A stretch of DNA of 64,000 nucleotides from an uncultured Gammaproteobacteria bacterium (GCA_963764725.1 CAVXTM010000012.1:320001-384000); one strand, 5' to 3'. Counted from the stretch's first letter, positions 8,689 to 20,178 are shown. Notes: a model not told the origin generated them from the letters alone. Numbers and translations: made by a program.

Positions 8689-10547
8689 TTGTCCAATCGG
8701 TTCCGACTGACGCTCAAGCTCTACGATAAGGGACCCCGGGTCCTGCGGATGGAGGCCATCGCGCACAATATCAAAGGGCTGCGCTGCGGGGGGCGGTGGA
8801 GAAGCTCTCGATCATGCTGGGCAAGCTTCAGCGTATACTTTCTCAACGTGCTCCAGGCCCCGCATCTCAGCTTTTTACCAGACGGCGTGCTCAATGCATT
8901 GGGCGAACCGGCTCAACGCGGCTCGCGGCGGCTCGCCGATGTAGATCTGCAAAAACCACGGATGCGGGCGGTCGCTGAGGCGGTGCTGGCCCCCCAACCC
9001 GAAGGCTTTACGGTGACCGAGATCGCGGGGAAGGTGCGAGAGACAACCCGCCAAAGCGTCTCCCTACGCTACTCGTCTGGCCACCTACGATCTGATAGAA
9101 CTGCGAGGCAGGCGTTGGTCTAGGGCATCGACAACGCGCGACGCTATCGCCTCCTTCCGGCGGGTTTCCGAACCTTGGCGGAGTGGCTGATTTTGCGCGA
9201 GAAGTTTTTCAACCGGTATTGGCCAGTACTGTATAAGTTATAATCTTATCTGACAGTTAGTATTCTCTGCGTGTTAGTCATATAAAAGTGACGACAGAGG
9301 AGAACGACGATGACTCAGAGTGAGAGAATCATTCGACCGAAGCTAGGCTTGTTGGAGCTGGCGAAGCAATTGGGGAATGTCTCGAGGGTCTGCCAGATCA
9401 TGGGCTACAGCCGGGACAGTTTTTATCGGTATAAGGAGTTATACGAGACCGGTGGGGAGTTGGCGCTGCAATGAGCTTTCCAGGCGCAAGCCGAACATCA
9501 AGAACCGGGTGGCGCTGGAGGTGGAGGAAGCGGTAGTGCGGCTGGCGATTGAGCAGCCGGCCTGGGGCCAGGTGCGGGTTTCGAACGAACTGAGGAAAGA
9601 CGGACTGGTGTCTCCCCGGCGGGGGTACGCTGTATGTGGCAACGGCATGATTTAGAGAATATGGACAAACGCTTGAAGGCTTTGGAAGCGAAGATGGCCC
9701 AGGAAGGGGTGGTGCTGACCGAGGCGCAGGGGCGCTCGAGCGGGCCAAGCAAGAGAAGGAAGCCCATGGGGAATTTGGGAGCGAATGCCCAGGCTGCTGC
9801 GGTACCCAGGATACGTTTTATGTCGGGATGCTCAAGGGGGTGGGCCGGATCTATCAGCAGACGTTCATCGACACCTACAGCAAGGTGGCGATGGCGAAAC
9901 TCTATGATCGGAAGACTCCGCTGACAGCGGCCGATTTACTGAACGACCGGGTGGTCCCCGTTTTTGCTGAACACGGCATCGCGCTCCTGCGGGTGTTGAC
10001 TGATCGGGGCACGGAATATTGCGGCAATCCCGAGCATCACGAATATGAGCTGTACCTCGGTGGAAAACATCGACCACACCCGCACCCAAACGAAAAGCCC
10101 CCAGACCAACGGGATCTGCGAGCGCTTCCATAAAACCGTGCTTAACGAATTCTACCGGGTGCAGTTCCGAAAGAAGATCTACACGACCATCGAGGAATTG
10201 CAAAGCGATTTGGATGCCTGGCTGATTAGCTACAACGAACAACGCCCCCATCAAGGCCGGTGGTGTTATGGGAAAACCCCTAGGCACACGTTTCTCGATA
10301 GTCTATCTTTAGCGAAAGAGAAGCTCCTGGCGGCGTAAGTGACAACCGACAGTTTTAACCCGACTAACAACTTGCAGACACATACAGTGGACTGTCAAAT
10401 CAGGTATTGACTTTTACACCAGTACCGACAAACCGCGGGCCGGTTAACCGCCAGACCGCCAACCCAGATCCATCCCCTGGACCAGCACTATATAAACCTC
10501 CAACGCGAAATGTATCGCACGTTTAAAACGCTTGCGCTCGCCGCTTG
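8689..10547 (+). pseudogene. Decayed putative transposase-like gene, interrupted by IS481
   Basis: LKLYDKGPRVLRMEAIAHN...CG and a wHTH-like YDL..LRG..RRYR segment before 9229. It resumes after 10419 as ...HPLDQHYINLQREMYRTFKTLALAA*. Confidence 0.5.
9230..10418 (+). mobile_element. IS481-family element, transposase frameshifted (~9310-10338)
   Basis: TGT...ACA ends with imperfect 28-bp IRs (tgtataagttataatcttatctgacagt vs tgtaaaagtcaatacctgatttgacagt). 7-bp target duplication ccagtac at 9223-9229 and 10419-10425. Motifs TDRGTEY, SPQTNGICERF and YNEQRPHQG are split over several frames. Confidence 0.9.
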
Positions 10548-10599
10548 AAAGCCCGACCTTACGACCACCATGTTCGTTTTAACGCAGAGCGGTAAGCGG

Positions 10600-11523
10600 T
10601 TATCGTGCAACTGCCTGATATGCATCAAAGGCCGGCTTCTTGGTGTTATCGCTCTGTACTAGGCCGAACGCGGTCCCTCTTTTCGGGTTATCCTTCAGCT
10701 GAAACCACCAAATCCCCTCAAGAAACGGCACCGCCGCCGCTCGCCTATAGAGTTCGGTGACAAACTCGACCTCAAGCTGATCATTATTGCCGTGGAACCC
10801 GGCCTCAGACACGATGATGGGAATGGTTCTCCCCGCCATTGCCCTAACAAGGTCCTGTCTGTCTTTGATGACCTGAATGAACTTATCGGCCCCGACCGAT
10901 CCGGGCGCGTCGGCATCGACATGGCCCGGCCAGTTTTGCCGGTAGACGTACAAGTGCACGGACAACACGTCCATGCAGTCTCCCGCGCCGGCATCGAGCA
11001 TGCCACGAATAAACTTTTCGTTCGCTCCTGCTACTGCGCCACCGGCAATTTTGGCCTTCGGCTCAACCGCCTTGATTGCATCGTAGGTCCTGCAGAGCAG
11101 GTCGGTATACATGGCGGCATCGTTGCAGGGGGGCTCCTTCCAATTGCAACCGAGACCGATCCCTCCGTTCCATTCGTTCCAGACTTCGTAATATTCGACT
11201 TTGCTGCCGTATTCTTGGGCGAGATCGGCGGAGCGGTCCGCGTAACACTGCCTCCCGCTTTCCGTTGTCGGATTACACCCTCTGGCGTAACCGAGCATGA
11301 AAGCAACCCGCTTGCCGTTTTGAAAAGCCCATTCGATGGCGCTCTTTTGGAAAGGATAGTCTGTGCGTACGGAGTGTGCGCCAAGCTCGGCGGTGAACGC
11401 CTTATGGGTGTTTTGCATCCCCCCTCCAGGGACTGGATTGAGACCGACATCAAACGCGGAAGCAATAGACGGAACGCTTATAAAAAACACTCCTGCTGCA
11501 AGGATGAGAGATTTGAAAAACAT
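10600..11523 (-). CDS. Secreted clan GH-A glycoside hydrolase, copy 3 (signal peptide plus catalytic domain)
   Basis: Signal peptide MFFKSLILAAG...ASA, then WNEWN, LSVHLY and VSEAGF. The start may instead be 11559. Confidence 0.85.
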   Translation of the reverse strand: MFFKSLILAAGVFFISVPSIASAFDVGLNPVPGGGMQNTHKAFTAELGAHSVRTDYPFQKSAIEWAFQNGKRVAFMLGYARGCNPTTESGRQCYADRSADLAQEYGSKVEYYEVWNEWNGGIGLGCNWKEPPCNDAAMYTDLLCRTYDAIKAVEPKAKIAGGAVAGANEKFIRGMLDAGAGDCMDVLSVHLYVYRQNWPGHVDADAPGSVGADKFIQVIKDRQDLVRAMAGRTIPIIVSEAGFHGNNDQLEVEFVTELYRRAAAVPFLEGIWWFQLKDNPKRGTAFGLVQSDNTKKPAFDAYQAVAR

Positions 11524-11832
11524 TTTCACGGCCCCCCTGAAGAAAAATTTGTAGCACATAAAAGCGCCTTCTTTTTGTAAGCACACGACACGCCACCCTT
11601 TTGGAAGGCGGCATGGACGAGGTACTGTAATCCTTGCCACATCTTAACCACAATAGCGAACTCGCTCGGAGCGCGAGAAGTGTGACACGGTTATCAAATT
11701 CCTCGCCATCTTTCTGGGTTGCGGTTACATGAACTTGTACCATGCCCTGAAAATTGCACTGTAGGCGTGCGGAACTGCATACGCGGCATCTTTATGAAAT
11801 ATGACAAGCTGCTGCATTTTTGGGAGCGGAGC

Positions 11833-12000
11833 GCTGGTGCCTTCGATGATCGATTCCGTTATGGTACTGTGACGACCCTCGCCGACACGCTGCCCCATGC
11901 AAGCGTGGCCTTGATCGGTCCGTATCCAAAGGATGCAAATAAGCTATTAGGCACAAGAGGCAACCTGCATTTGCTTGGACCGAGGAGTTATGCGCGACTC
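11833..12000 (+). repeat. Truncated duplicate of the GT gene interior at ~20905-21072
   Basis: Near-identical DNA encoding AGA.DDRF.YGTVTTLADTLPHA.VALIGPYPKDAN.LLG...LHLLGPRSYARL. Confidence 0.8.
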
Positions 12001-12009
12001 ATAAGTTAG

Positions 12010-13279
12010 GTACTTAAGCCCTGGTCGAAAACTGGTTCCAAACCCAGTTAGAGGCGTCCGATGCGCCTATCGCGTTGAGGGTGGGCACGGAGAGCGTTGG
12101 TTGCAAGAAAGGCGACGGCATTGTGCGCCGCTACCATGGCTCCCATCACATGTTCATAGAGGCCCAAAAAACTGTGCGAACTGCTGGGGCTGCCCATGGG
12201 CGAGGAGCCCTTGCGATGAACACCGCCAGGGAGTTCGCCCCGCAGATCGGCATTGCGGCCGCCTGCGTAGGGCTCGGGGTGGCCCGTGCGACGTTCTACC
12301 GCGCGCAGCGTCCGGTGTCGGTGCAAGCAGCCCAATGTCCCGCATGCATCCTCGCCCCGGGCACTGAGCGTACCGGAACAGCACACGATCCTCGAGTGGC
12401 TGCACGCCCCGCCGTACGCGGATCTCAGCCCCCACACCGTGTTCGCCCTGCTGCTCGATGCGGGTCGCTACCTCGCCTCGGTGTCCACCTTCTACCGGCT
12501 GCTGCGCGCCTCGGGCGAGACCCGCGGGCGGCGCAATGAGCTCACCCACCCCGCCTACGCCAAGCCCGAGCTGCTCGCCAGCGGCCCGCGCGAGCTGTGG
12601 TCCTGGGATATCACCAAGCTCAAGGGGCCGGCCAAGTGGGTGTGCTTTCACCTCTACGTGATCCTCGACGTCTTCTGCCGCTACGTGGTCGGCTGGATGA
12701 TCGCGCCGCGGGAGTCGGCCGAGCTCGCCCATCAACTCATCGCCGCCACCTGCGACAAGGAAGACATCGTCGCGGGCAACTCACCCTGCATGCCGACCGC
12801 GGCACCTCGATGCGCTCCAAGCCCGTGGCGCTTTTGCTCGCCGATCTCGGTGTCACCAGAAGCCACAGCCGGCCGCATGTCAGCGATGACAATCCGTACT
12901 CGGAAGCGCACTTCAAGACCCTGAAGTACCAGCCCGACTTCCCGGCGCGCTTTGACTCCATCGAGCACGCCCGTGCCTTCTGTCAGGGGTTCTTCGCCTG
13001 GTACAACCACGCCCATCGGCACTCCGGCATCGGCTACATGACGCCAGCGGCGGTGCACACCGGCCAGGCGCCGCGGCTCTACGCCGCCCGCCAACAGGTG
13101 CTCGATCAGGCGTTCGTCGCGCATCCCGAACGCTTCACACGCCGTCATCAGACACCACCCGCTCTTCCGGTGCAGGTCGGCATCAACCTTCCAAAACCCA
13201 CGCTGCGCGTACCCGGGGAAACCCAGCGTCCGACACTAAAATCCCCGCAACTGGTGTCTCAGAGATGTTGACACATTCC
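12010..13279 (+). mobile_element. IS3-family element, degenerate orfA and frameshifted orfB
   Basis: WSWDITKLKGP, LHADRGTSM, NPYSEAHFKTLKY and WYNHAHRHSGI spread over several frames. Right end ...gtctcagagatgttgacacattccg. Confidence 0.85.
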
Positions 13280-13369
13280 GGCCCCGCTCGCACTATTGGC
13301 CACCGCGCGTTTCTGGGATTGCTTAATGGCGAATTTGCACAAACGTGAAACTTTTTTGGGGGGCGTAGC

Positions 13370-14224
13370 ATGGAGTGGATTGCGATTGTTGGCGAAATGA
13401 AGGCTGCGACAAGCTCAGTACACGCCGCGCTGTCTAGGCACCCCGACGTTGTTGGGACCGAGCCAAAAGAAACCGAGTTTTGGCGATATTCGCGCATGAA
13501 TCCCCGTCTCTATGCGCGGAGGTTTCTGCCTGACCGAATTATCCCGGAGCAGGGCCAGGTGTTGGACGGTAGTGTAAGGGCCACTAGGAGCGCCCGAGAT
13601 GCCCAAGATTTTTTAAATGGCTGTCGTCGAGTTGGTCCTCCTAAGTGCCTTGTACTGGTACACCGTAATGAAGCGGACCGTTTGAAGAGTTTTTCAGCGC
13701 ACGTATTGCAGCTAGAGTACTGGCGTTCAACCGAGGGCCAAGTCCCCCGCGCTATTGAGGCTGGGCTTGCGGCGCTTAACCTGAAAAAAACGTTTGGCCT
13801 GATATCTGACTCATTGCCAAAAACCAAGGTGGTTATCGTGAGCTTTAAAGCTTTGGGATCAAACTTTGAGGATACAATTGCGCGCCTGCATAAAGCTCTG
13901 GGCTTGGCTCCCGGTCCCAAAAACGCGGTTTGGGAAAACGCAAAATCGGGGCAGCGTAGACTCTATTTTCCAATTAGGGTACTTCCAGGGAGAGCACGCG
14001 CGCTTCGAATTGTCAGACAAATGCTCGGCAAGGATCGCGCAGCAAAACTTCGACTATTTCTGTCTGGACGCGGGCGGATTTGGGATTCCAACGCGAGTCT
14101 GAAACAGGCTTTGGACGCAGCGCAACCACAAATTAGCATAATTCAAAAGGAAAATCTGGCGTTTCTCAAGAAATTGGCGACCAATGGGAATACTGAATTC
14201 GTGGGTTTTGAGGGCGGACCATGA
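13370..14224 (+). CDS. Divergent sulfotransferase-domain protein
   Basis: IVGEMKAATSSVHAALSRHPDV...KETEFW resembles the GxxKxGTTxL..HP..KE motif of heparan-type sulfotransferases. Confidence 0.6.
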   Translation: MEWIAIVGEMKAATSSVHAALSRHPDVVGTEPKETEFWRYSRMNPRLYARRFLPDRIIPEQGQVLDGSVRATRSARDAQDFLNGCRRVGPPKCLVLVHRNEADRLKSFSAHVLQLEYWRSTEGQVPRAIEAGLAALNLKKTFGLISDSLPKTKVVIVSFKALGSNFEDTIARLHKALGLAPGPKNAVWENAKSGQRRLYFPIRVLPGRARALRIVRQMLGKDRAAKLRLFLSGRGRIWDSNASLKQALDAAQPQISIIQKENLAFLKKLATNGNTEFVGFEGGP

Positions 14225-15300
14225 GTTCGGCAAATCCGCAGCTTAGTCCTCCAGGATTTCGTGGGCCGGATTATTGCTTTGTTGCGGAAACGGTACGGCC
14301 GGGGGGTAAATTTCAGGTAATGCTTGAACAAATGCGTGTTCTGCTTTCACGCGGCGATATAGTCGAGGTTGTCGCGGGAGAAATTAGCCCTGAGATAACC
14401 AATGACCTGACCTCGCAAGGAATTTTGGTCCATCCCCTCCGGCCCTACCAAGGGGGAAGTGTCACCAACTGTGGGGCATGGTTTTTTCGACAAAGGGAAC
14501 TTGTTTCAAATCACATTCCCAACGCTGCTGTCGTGGTAAATCATACCAATTTGCCCCAGTACTTCCCTCGGCTAAGGCGATGCCTCCATTATGTACATAG
14601 GCCCCCAGTGGCCCGCGCGACTTCGGCGTACGCGCATTTTGTGCTCGGCATAGTGGCGGGTCGGCCCAGGTCGAATCAAGCCGGGTTGATTGTGGCCAAC
14701 AGCCGGTTTACCGCCGAAATTTTGCATTCGCAGGGGTGGACTTCTGTAGCGCCAGCGGTTTTGTATCCCCCCGTGCCCCAGGCCCCTCTGGTCACATCTA
14801 TGCGCAAGCAAAAAATGGTCTTGTCCCTAGGGCTCCTGACGCCAGGCAAGAACCACCATCTCCTGGCTGACTTGGCCAAGAAAATGCCGGATTATTGTTT
14901 TGTAGTGGCCGGTCGAGGGCAACGCCCCCGGTACGTTGCCCATTTGAAAGGTCTGGCCCGCAAAATTGGTAACCTCGAGATTGAGGTTGATATTTCTTCG
15001 GTGCGCAAACGCCAATTGTTGGAAACAAGTGAGGTGCTGGTCCACTTGAAAACTTTTGAGCACTTTGGAATTGCTCCGGTCGAAGCAATGGCGCATGGCA
15101 CGCGGGCTCTAGCTTTTGACGCGGGCGGCCCTCGCGAAACACTGCCATGGGCTTCGCACCGGTTCAAAGCGGTAAATGAGCTTCCATTGATGATTCGGAG
15201 CGGCGAATGCAGGCAGACGGCCGAGTACGTATCAAACGCGCGGCGGTTCGCTCCAGATATACATCGGCATGGGTTTGAGGCCTTGTTGCACGACATATGA
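14221..15300 (+). CDS. Glycosyltransferase family 4
   Basis: ANSRFT, LYPPV, KNH and EHFGIAPVEAMAHG (EX7E) motifs. Confidence 0.85.
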   Translation: MSSANPQLSPPGFRGPDYCFVAETVRPGGKFQVMLEQMRVLLSRGDIVEVVAGEISPEITNDLTSQGILVHPLRPYQGGSVTNCGAWFFRQRELVSNHIPNAAVVVNHTNLPQYFPRLRRCLHYVHRPPVARATSAYAHFVLGIVAGRPRSNQAGLIVANSRFTAEILHSQGWTSVAPAVLYPPVPQAPLVTSMRKQKMVLSLGLLTPGKNHHLLADLAKKMPDYCFVVAGRGQRPRYVAHLKGLARKIGNLEIEVDISSVRKRQLLETSEVLVHLKTFEHFGIAPVEAMAHGTRALAFDAGGPRETLPWASHRFKAVNELPLMIRSGECRQTAEYVSNARRFAPDIHRHGFEALLHDI

Positions 15301-15419
15301 AGCCCCTGAAATATTGGCCAGTGAGGTTCTGGTGCTAGCCCAGCTAAGAGCGGTAGTCTTCGATTAACTTTGCGTGACCCGCCACCATGTCTTCCCACTG
15401 GGGCTGTATGGGTGGACGA

Positions 15420-15646
15420 TATTGTCGAAGTATAGCTTTTCATACATCTTCATGGTTGCCGAGCGGCACAACCGCAGCGAAATGAGTTTCGCCAACCGCG
15501 TTCAACCCGGGCGCAGGTCCGCACAAAACACTTGATGCTGCCTTGACGGCTTCAAGGGCCACGTAGGGAATTCCCGCCTCGTAAGTTAATGAGATGACGA
15601 GCGCGCCAGCATGTTCGAATACGTACGTTGGCAGGTTTTTCGACAT
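15420..15646 (-). pseudogene. GT4 C-terminal fragment
   Basis: SLTYEAGIPYVALEA, an EX7E-like motif. The 5' part is replaced by an IS200 remnant. Confidence 0.45.
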
Positions 15647-15689
15647 ATCCTAGGAGCTGCACATTCGTAGTGCCGCAAGCATAACGCTG

Positions 15690-15905
15690 GACCTTGTCCC
15701 ATAATGGGCCTGACCCGGCCAGCGCAAACTTCAGGTGCTGATTGAAGGAACTCTATGCTATTGGTTAAACAGGTCTTCTTGGCGATCGAGATCGTCCTGA
15801 TTCTTTACGTAAGCACGGAGCATCTATTCGTCCAATCCCACCGTACTGATGCAGTATCCCCTCGACCAGAAATGCTTCCCGGGAAAGCCTTGCTTCACAC
15901 GCATC
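15690..15905 (-). mobile_element. IS200/IS605 tnpA C-terminal remnant
   Basis: GFPGKHFWSRGYCISTVGLDE*MLRAYVKNQ, containing an internal stop. Confidence 0.75.
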
Positions 15906-15945
15906 GAGCGTGAGATAAGCCTTCCACCTGCTTGACACATCTGTG

Positions 15946-16932
15946 TCAAGAGAAGTCTGCTGGTGCCATCGTCCGCCAGTGGTGGAGAGAGCTCGAGAAA
16001 TCGTACTTGAATTCGAAACCGCTGCGGATCAAATAGTCCGGCTTGATGTTGGTCGGGAAAGCGGCCTTGCGCACGCGCATCGGGTGGATGGCGCTCGCCT
16101 TGCCACAGGCCGCTTGAGCGGCCTGGATCACCGCCGCCGATGCTACAAGCACCGCCATCGGAATCCGCGGCGTCGGTCGTCGAATGTTGAAGAAGGACTT
16201 GATTTCAGCGACCAGCTCGCCAAGCGGTTGCGCGGGATATTCAGCGTAGTTGTACACGATGAAGCGGGCGGTTTTCGCCATTACGAACTCCATGCTGTCG
16301 ACCAGTCCGTACACATACCCGTATGCTTTGACGACGCTCGGCGGCCCTGGGAAAACGAATGTGCCCCGTCGAAGAGCTTTTATCATGCGTAGCACGTTGC
16401 CGGGATCTCCAGGGCCGTACACGACCCCTGGTCTGCATATGACTACGCGGCGGGCCGGGTCTCGGGCAAGCCAAACCTCGTGGATCTTCTCCGCCAGCGC
16501 TTTTGAGATCCCATACGGGGTCTCCGCGTACAACGGTGATGCCTCCGTTCTCTCCTCCAACGACCTCCCGTACGGCGCGATGCTACTCATGAAGAACAGT
16601 TTCTTAAAACCTAGCCGCTCGGCAAAGCTCGTGACTGAGTAAGCCCCTGTGACGTTGGTGTCGAAGTACTCTCGCGGCTCGTGTCCGGGCTCCCGGTGTA
16701 CTGCCGCCAGATCCACGACCCAGCTCGAATCTGGATCGAAATCGTCGATCTCCTGCTCGATGGGACGCCGGACATCGGCGATCTTGCTGACCAACCGTTC
16801 GCCAGTAAGGTCGCTCGGGTTTAGATCGAACACATACAATCGGTCGAAGCTCTTGTTCTGTAGGAGTCGCTCGGCTAGCTTCGTCCCGATGTAGCCGGAC
16901 CCACCGAAAACCACACAGGTTCGCGTCTTCAT
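15946..16932 (-). CDS. NAD-dependent epimerase/dehydratase (extended SDR)
   Basis: GGSGYIG, YGISK (YxxxK) and RPGVVYGPG motifs. Confidence 0.9.
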   Translation of the reverse strand: MKTRTCVVFGGSGYIGTKLAERLLQNKSFDRLYVFDLNPSDLTGERLVSKIADVRRPIEQEIDDFDPDSSWVVDLAAVHREPGHEPREYFDTNVTGAYSVTSFAERLGFKKLFFMSSIAPYGRSLEERTEASPLYAETPYGISKALAEKIHEVWLARDPARRVVICRPGVVYGPGDPGNVLRMIKALRRGTFVFPGPPSVVKAYGYVYGLVDSMEFVMAKTARFIVYNYAEYPAQPLGELVAEIKSFFNIRRPTPRIPMAVLVASAAVIQAAQAACGKASAIHPMRVRKAAFPTNIKPDYLIRSGFEFKYDFSSSLHHWRTMAPADFS

Positions 16933-17499
16933 AACTCTTACTCTCCGAGCCGTGACGCGGGACCCGCGCCTTCCAGAGCCTCTTGAACCCCTCCTTTCAT
17001 GGCTTCGAGAATGCGTCCTGGTTGAAGCGTATCACGCGCTCGCAGATCCACGCGGGAACGCAGTCGTCCATCACGGGCCGAGATCGATCGATCAAGTTAT
17101 CGAGGAACGCCACTGTCGCGTCGAGGGACGAATACCCCTCGCGCGTGAGGCGTCGGAGACCTTCGCTGCCGCTCCACCTCGGCTGTGGAGCGCGTCGCTA
17201 TTACCTCGGCCAACACCCTAGCCAGGTCCGCCTGGCCCAGAAACATTCGCGCGTTCGCTCTTAGCATAACATCACGAAGCTAGGGGAGCGACCGTCCGGT
17301 GAAACGCAATCCGTACCCCCCGGCACGCCTCGGCTTACGCCTTCCCCGCCGCCGGAGGGCGCTCCTGTGACGGACTCCCACGGGGTAAAATGCCTAGCGG
17401 CGCGCCATCGCAATGGCCAAGTTCGGCATCAAAAGAATGAAGGACAACTCCATAGTAAGACCTCCGCAACTTTCTAAGAATCGCGCCTAGGCGTGCAAC

Positions 17500-18029
17500 A
17501 ACGTCAAAATCGCGGCCACGACGTCATCGCCACGCTGCACGAGGCGTGCGCGAGGTTACACGCGCTACAGCGGCGACGGGGCGTCGGCCCGCTACGCAGT
17601 CGAATGTGGCGAGTTCGACACCTTGCAGATGTCGATCAACATCGCCGATCATGAGGCCCTGGACCTGGTGCTGCGCTTGGCGCGCGCGGACAAGCTCAGC
17701 GTGATCGCAAAACGGCCCGTGGCTAACGCTGCGTGGCGTAGCGATCAGAAGCCCCGGAATTCGTATCACCATACCTATTGGAAGCGATTACGAAAGCTGG
17801 ATTACGATTTTTTGGAGGGCGATCTCGCAAGCGCCATCGGCACGGTACTGTGCTTCACGCTGAGCCACAGCTGTGCACACGGCCATCATCAGCACGGCCG
17901 AGCCCGGGGGGCGGTGGCGCGAGAACGCCGGACTCCTGGAAGCCGGGACCCCTGCCGCTCGAAGAGATAGAGCGGGTCCGGGCGCGCTGGCGTGTCGTCG
18001 CCGACCCGAGCTGGGCGCGGCAAGTCTGA
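17500..18029 (+). pseudogene. Aldo/keto reductase remnant
   Basis: FDTLQMSINIADHEAL...VIAKRPVANAAW. No N-terminus; frameshifted. Confidence 0.65.
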
Positions 18030-18089
18030 TTTCGGGTGCGCCGTTCGACGGCGGCGCGAGCACCGGCGCCGGCCCATCGGAAGCCTGGC

Positions 18090-19220
18090 CTATGCAGCCC
18101 CTAACGCTCTCCGATAGCCTGCTAGGGTCTCTTCTGCCATGCGCTCGATGGTGAAGCTCGCCGCACGCTGCCGTGCGACCTCGCCACAGCGCGCGCGCAA
18201 GGCGTCATCGGTTAACAGCCGCACGCAGGCATCGGCGAGAGCCGCTGCGTCGTCGGGTACCATGAAACCCGCCTCGCTATCTGCCAGCAGGTCAGGGGCG
18301 ATCCCGACCGGGGTGCTGACCGCCGGCACCCCTGCTTGCGCCGCCTCAACCAACACATAACCGAAGCTTTCGTAGGCGCTCGTGAGCAGCAGTACGTCGA
18401 AGGCTTTCATCAAAGCTGACGCCTCTTCCGTGTGGGTGAGCATCACGTTGCCGCAGGTCGCCTTTGTCGTTTCGGTTAGCAACTCGCCATCTCCGATCAT
18501 GCAGAGAACTGCGTCGGGCAGGCGTTGCCGGATCCGGGCATGGGTATGCACTGCGAGTAGGGGATTCTTCTGGAGGCACAAGCGGCCTACGAAACCGACC
18601 ACCGGGGCCGTCTCGGGCAAGCCCAACAGGCGCCGAGCGTCGCTGCGCGAGCGATAAGCGATGGCCGGCAGCCCGTTGTGCACCACTGTGAGGCGGTGCT
18701 CGGGCAAACCTATGTCCACGGCATGTCGCCGTTCGTATTCTGAGTTCACGATGATCATCTCGGCACGCCAGGCGAGGATCCGCTCTAGCGTGGAGTAAAG
18801 CCGCCGGGATCTGCAACTCTGATGCACATTGAGTGTGTACAAGGCATGAGGGGTGTATACGCGCGCTCCGCTGGAGCGGCCGAACGCCAGACGAACCAGC
18901 GCGCCGCCTTTGCTGCTATGCCCGTGCAGCACATCGTAAGGCCCGTTCTCGCGCAGCTTCTGCCGAAAGGCGGCCATCATGCACACATCCCGTGGACTGG
19001 GCCCGGTCGTCGTCGCAAAACCCCAGGTACGCACGCCACGCGCGGCCAGCCCCTTTAATTGCTGCTCGAACAAGGACATCAGGCGCGGCGTGCCGTACCA
19101 CAGGTCCGCCGCGTGGCCGCGGTCGAGCAAGCCATGGGCCAGCTCGTGCACATGACGTGCGACGCCTGTCGCAGTGGCTTCGATGACGAGCAAGATGCGT
19201 AGCGAGCTTGGATCTGCCAT
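18090..19220 (-). CDS. Glycosyltransferase family 4
   Basis: HGHSSKGG, VYTPH, VGRL..QKNP and YESFGYVLVEAAQAG motifs. Confidence 0.9.
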   Translation of the reverse strand: MADPSSLRILLVIEATATGVARHVHELAHGLLDRGHAADLWYGTPRLMSLFEQQLKGLAARGVRTWGFATTTGPSPRDVCMMAAFRQKLRENGPYDVLHGHSSKGGALVRLAFGRSSGARVYTPHALYTLNVHQSCRSRRLYSTLERILAWRAEMIIVNSEYERRHAVDIGLPEHRLTVVHNGLPAIAYRSRSDARRLLGLPETAPVVGFVGRLCLQKNPLLAVHTHARIRQRLPDAVLCMIGDGELLTETTKATCGNVMLTHTEEASALMKAFDVLLLTSAYESFGYVLVEAAQAGVPAVSTPVGIAPDLLADSEAGFMVPDDAAALADACVRLLTDDALRARCGEVARQRAASFTIERMAEETLAGYRRALGAA

Positions 19221-19342
19221 GCGTTCGGTGTCGGTCAGGGTGCGGAGGCGGTGAGAATATTCGCGTCGTCTTGATTTGGTTAGAGCTGGTTGACCCCGGA
19301 GAATGGCTTAAGCGCGGATCGCACAGGCGGCAAAGGCGGTGA

Positions 19343-19760
19343 TGTGCATGCAGTCATGCTCAAGATCAACCCCCAAAGCGGCCAATCGAGAGATCCCGGA
19401 CTGGGTAGACTCCGCTTTCATAGGCGTTTCTCACAACATTAGTTCATGGCATCGTTTAATTTCCATAATGCAAGGTACAGGGGGTTTCTACGCTCGTGGT
19501 CCTGCCTTCTCGCATGATGCTCGCCTCGTTATTATTTTTTTGACAACGTCCCATACGCTGAGCGCAGACTTTTCCCAACTGTACTTGGCCGCTTGCTTCA
19601 ATCCTTTGTGCCGCATGTCGTCCTGTTTACCGCAGTCATGCAACACTTGCACAATTTTTTCTGCTATATCCGTAGGGTCGTACGGATCACAGTATAGTGC
19701 AGCATCGCCGCATACCTCAGGAAGCGAAGCCGCCTTCGACACAATCACTGGGCATCCGAG
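19343..19760 (-). pseudogene. GT4 C-terminal remnant, paralogous to 5163-5492
   Basis: GCPVIVSKAASLPEVCGDAALYCDPYD...YSWEKSA. Confidence 0.7.
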
Positions 19761-19882
19761 TAAAGAAACGCCCGTTAATGACCACGAACATATTATAAGG
19801 CAAACCTCTTTCGGTTATGGGTTAAATTAGCCTATCATTCTTGAGCGCGCCGGCTGGCGAAAGTTAGCTTGGTTCGTGGATT

Positions 19883-20150
19883 AAGGAACTTCTGCAAAAG
19901 CGCCGCATACAGCCGAGGACGACGATGCGCACAGATGGCACTGGGCACGGGCTTCGAGAAATACAGCAAGGCCACGCGCCGGGAGAATTTTCTCACGGAG
20001 ATGGGCCACGTTGTGCCGTGGAAGGATCTGTGCGCGCTTATAGCCCAGTGTATGCGAAAGCCGGTGATGGGCGCCCGCCGAAGGAGCTGTAGATGATGCT
20101 ACGGGTGTACTTTCTGCAGCACTCGGACCCAGGGGTGGAGGAGCGACTGA
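19883..20150 (+). mobile_element. IS5-family 5' remnant
   Basis: FEKYSKATRRENFLTEM..VVPW..L..LI and MLRVYFLQ...DPGVEE fragments. Confidence 0.75.
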
Positions 20151-20178
20151 AAGCGAAGTGGGCGGGGGGATTTGAGAT

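Noticed and set aside
11560-11760. Second riboswitch upstream of GH copy 3
   Set aside because: It shares a short cagtacctc word and has a hairpin, but lacks the GGCAAA/GAAA/GACGCAAA aptamer core.
16935-17270. Possible decayed gene upstream of the epimerase
   Set aside because: It looks coding in places but has stops in all frames and no motif I can assign.
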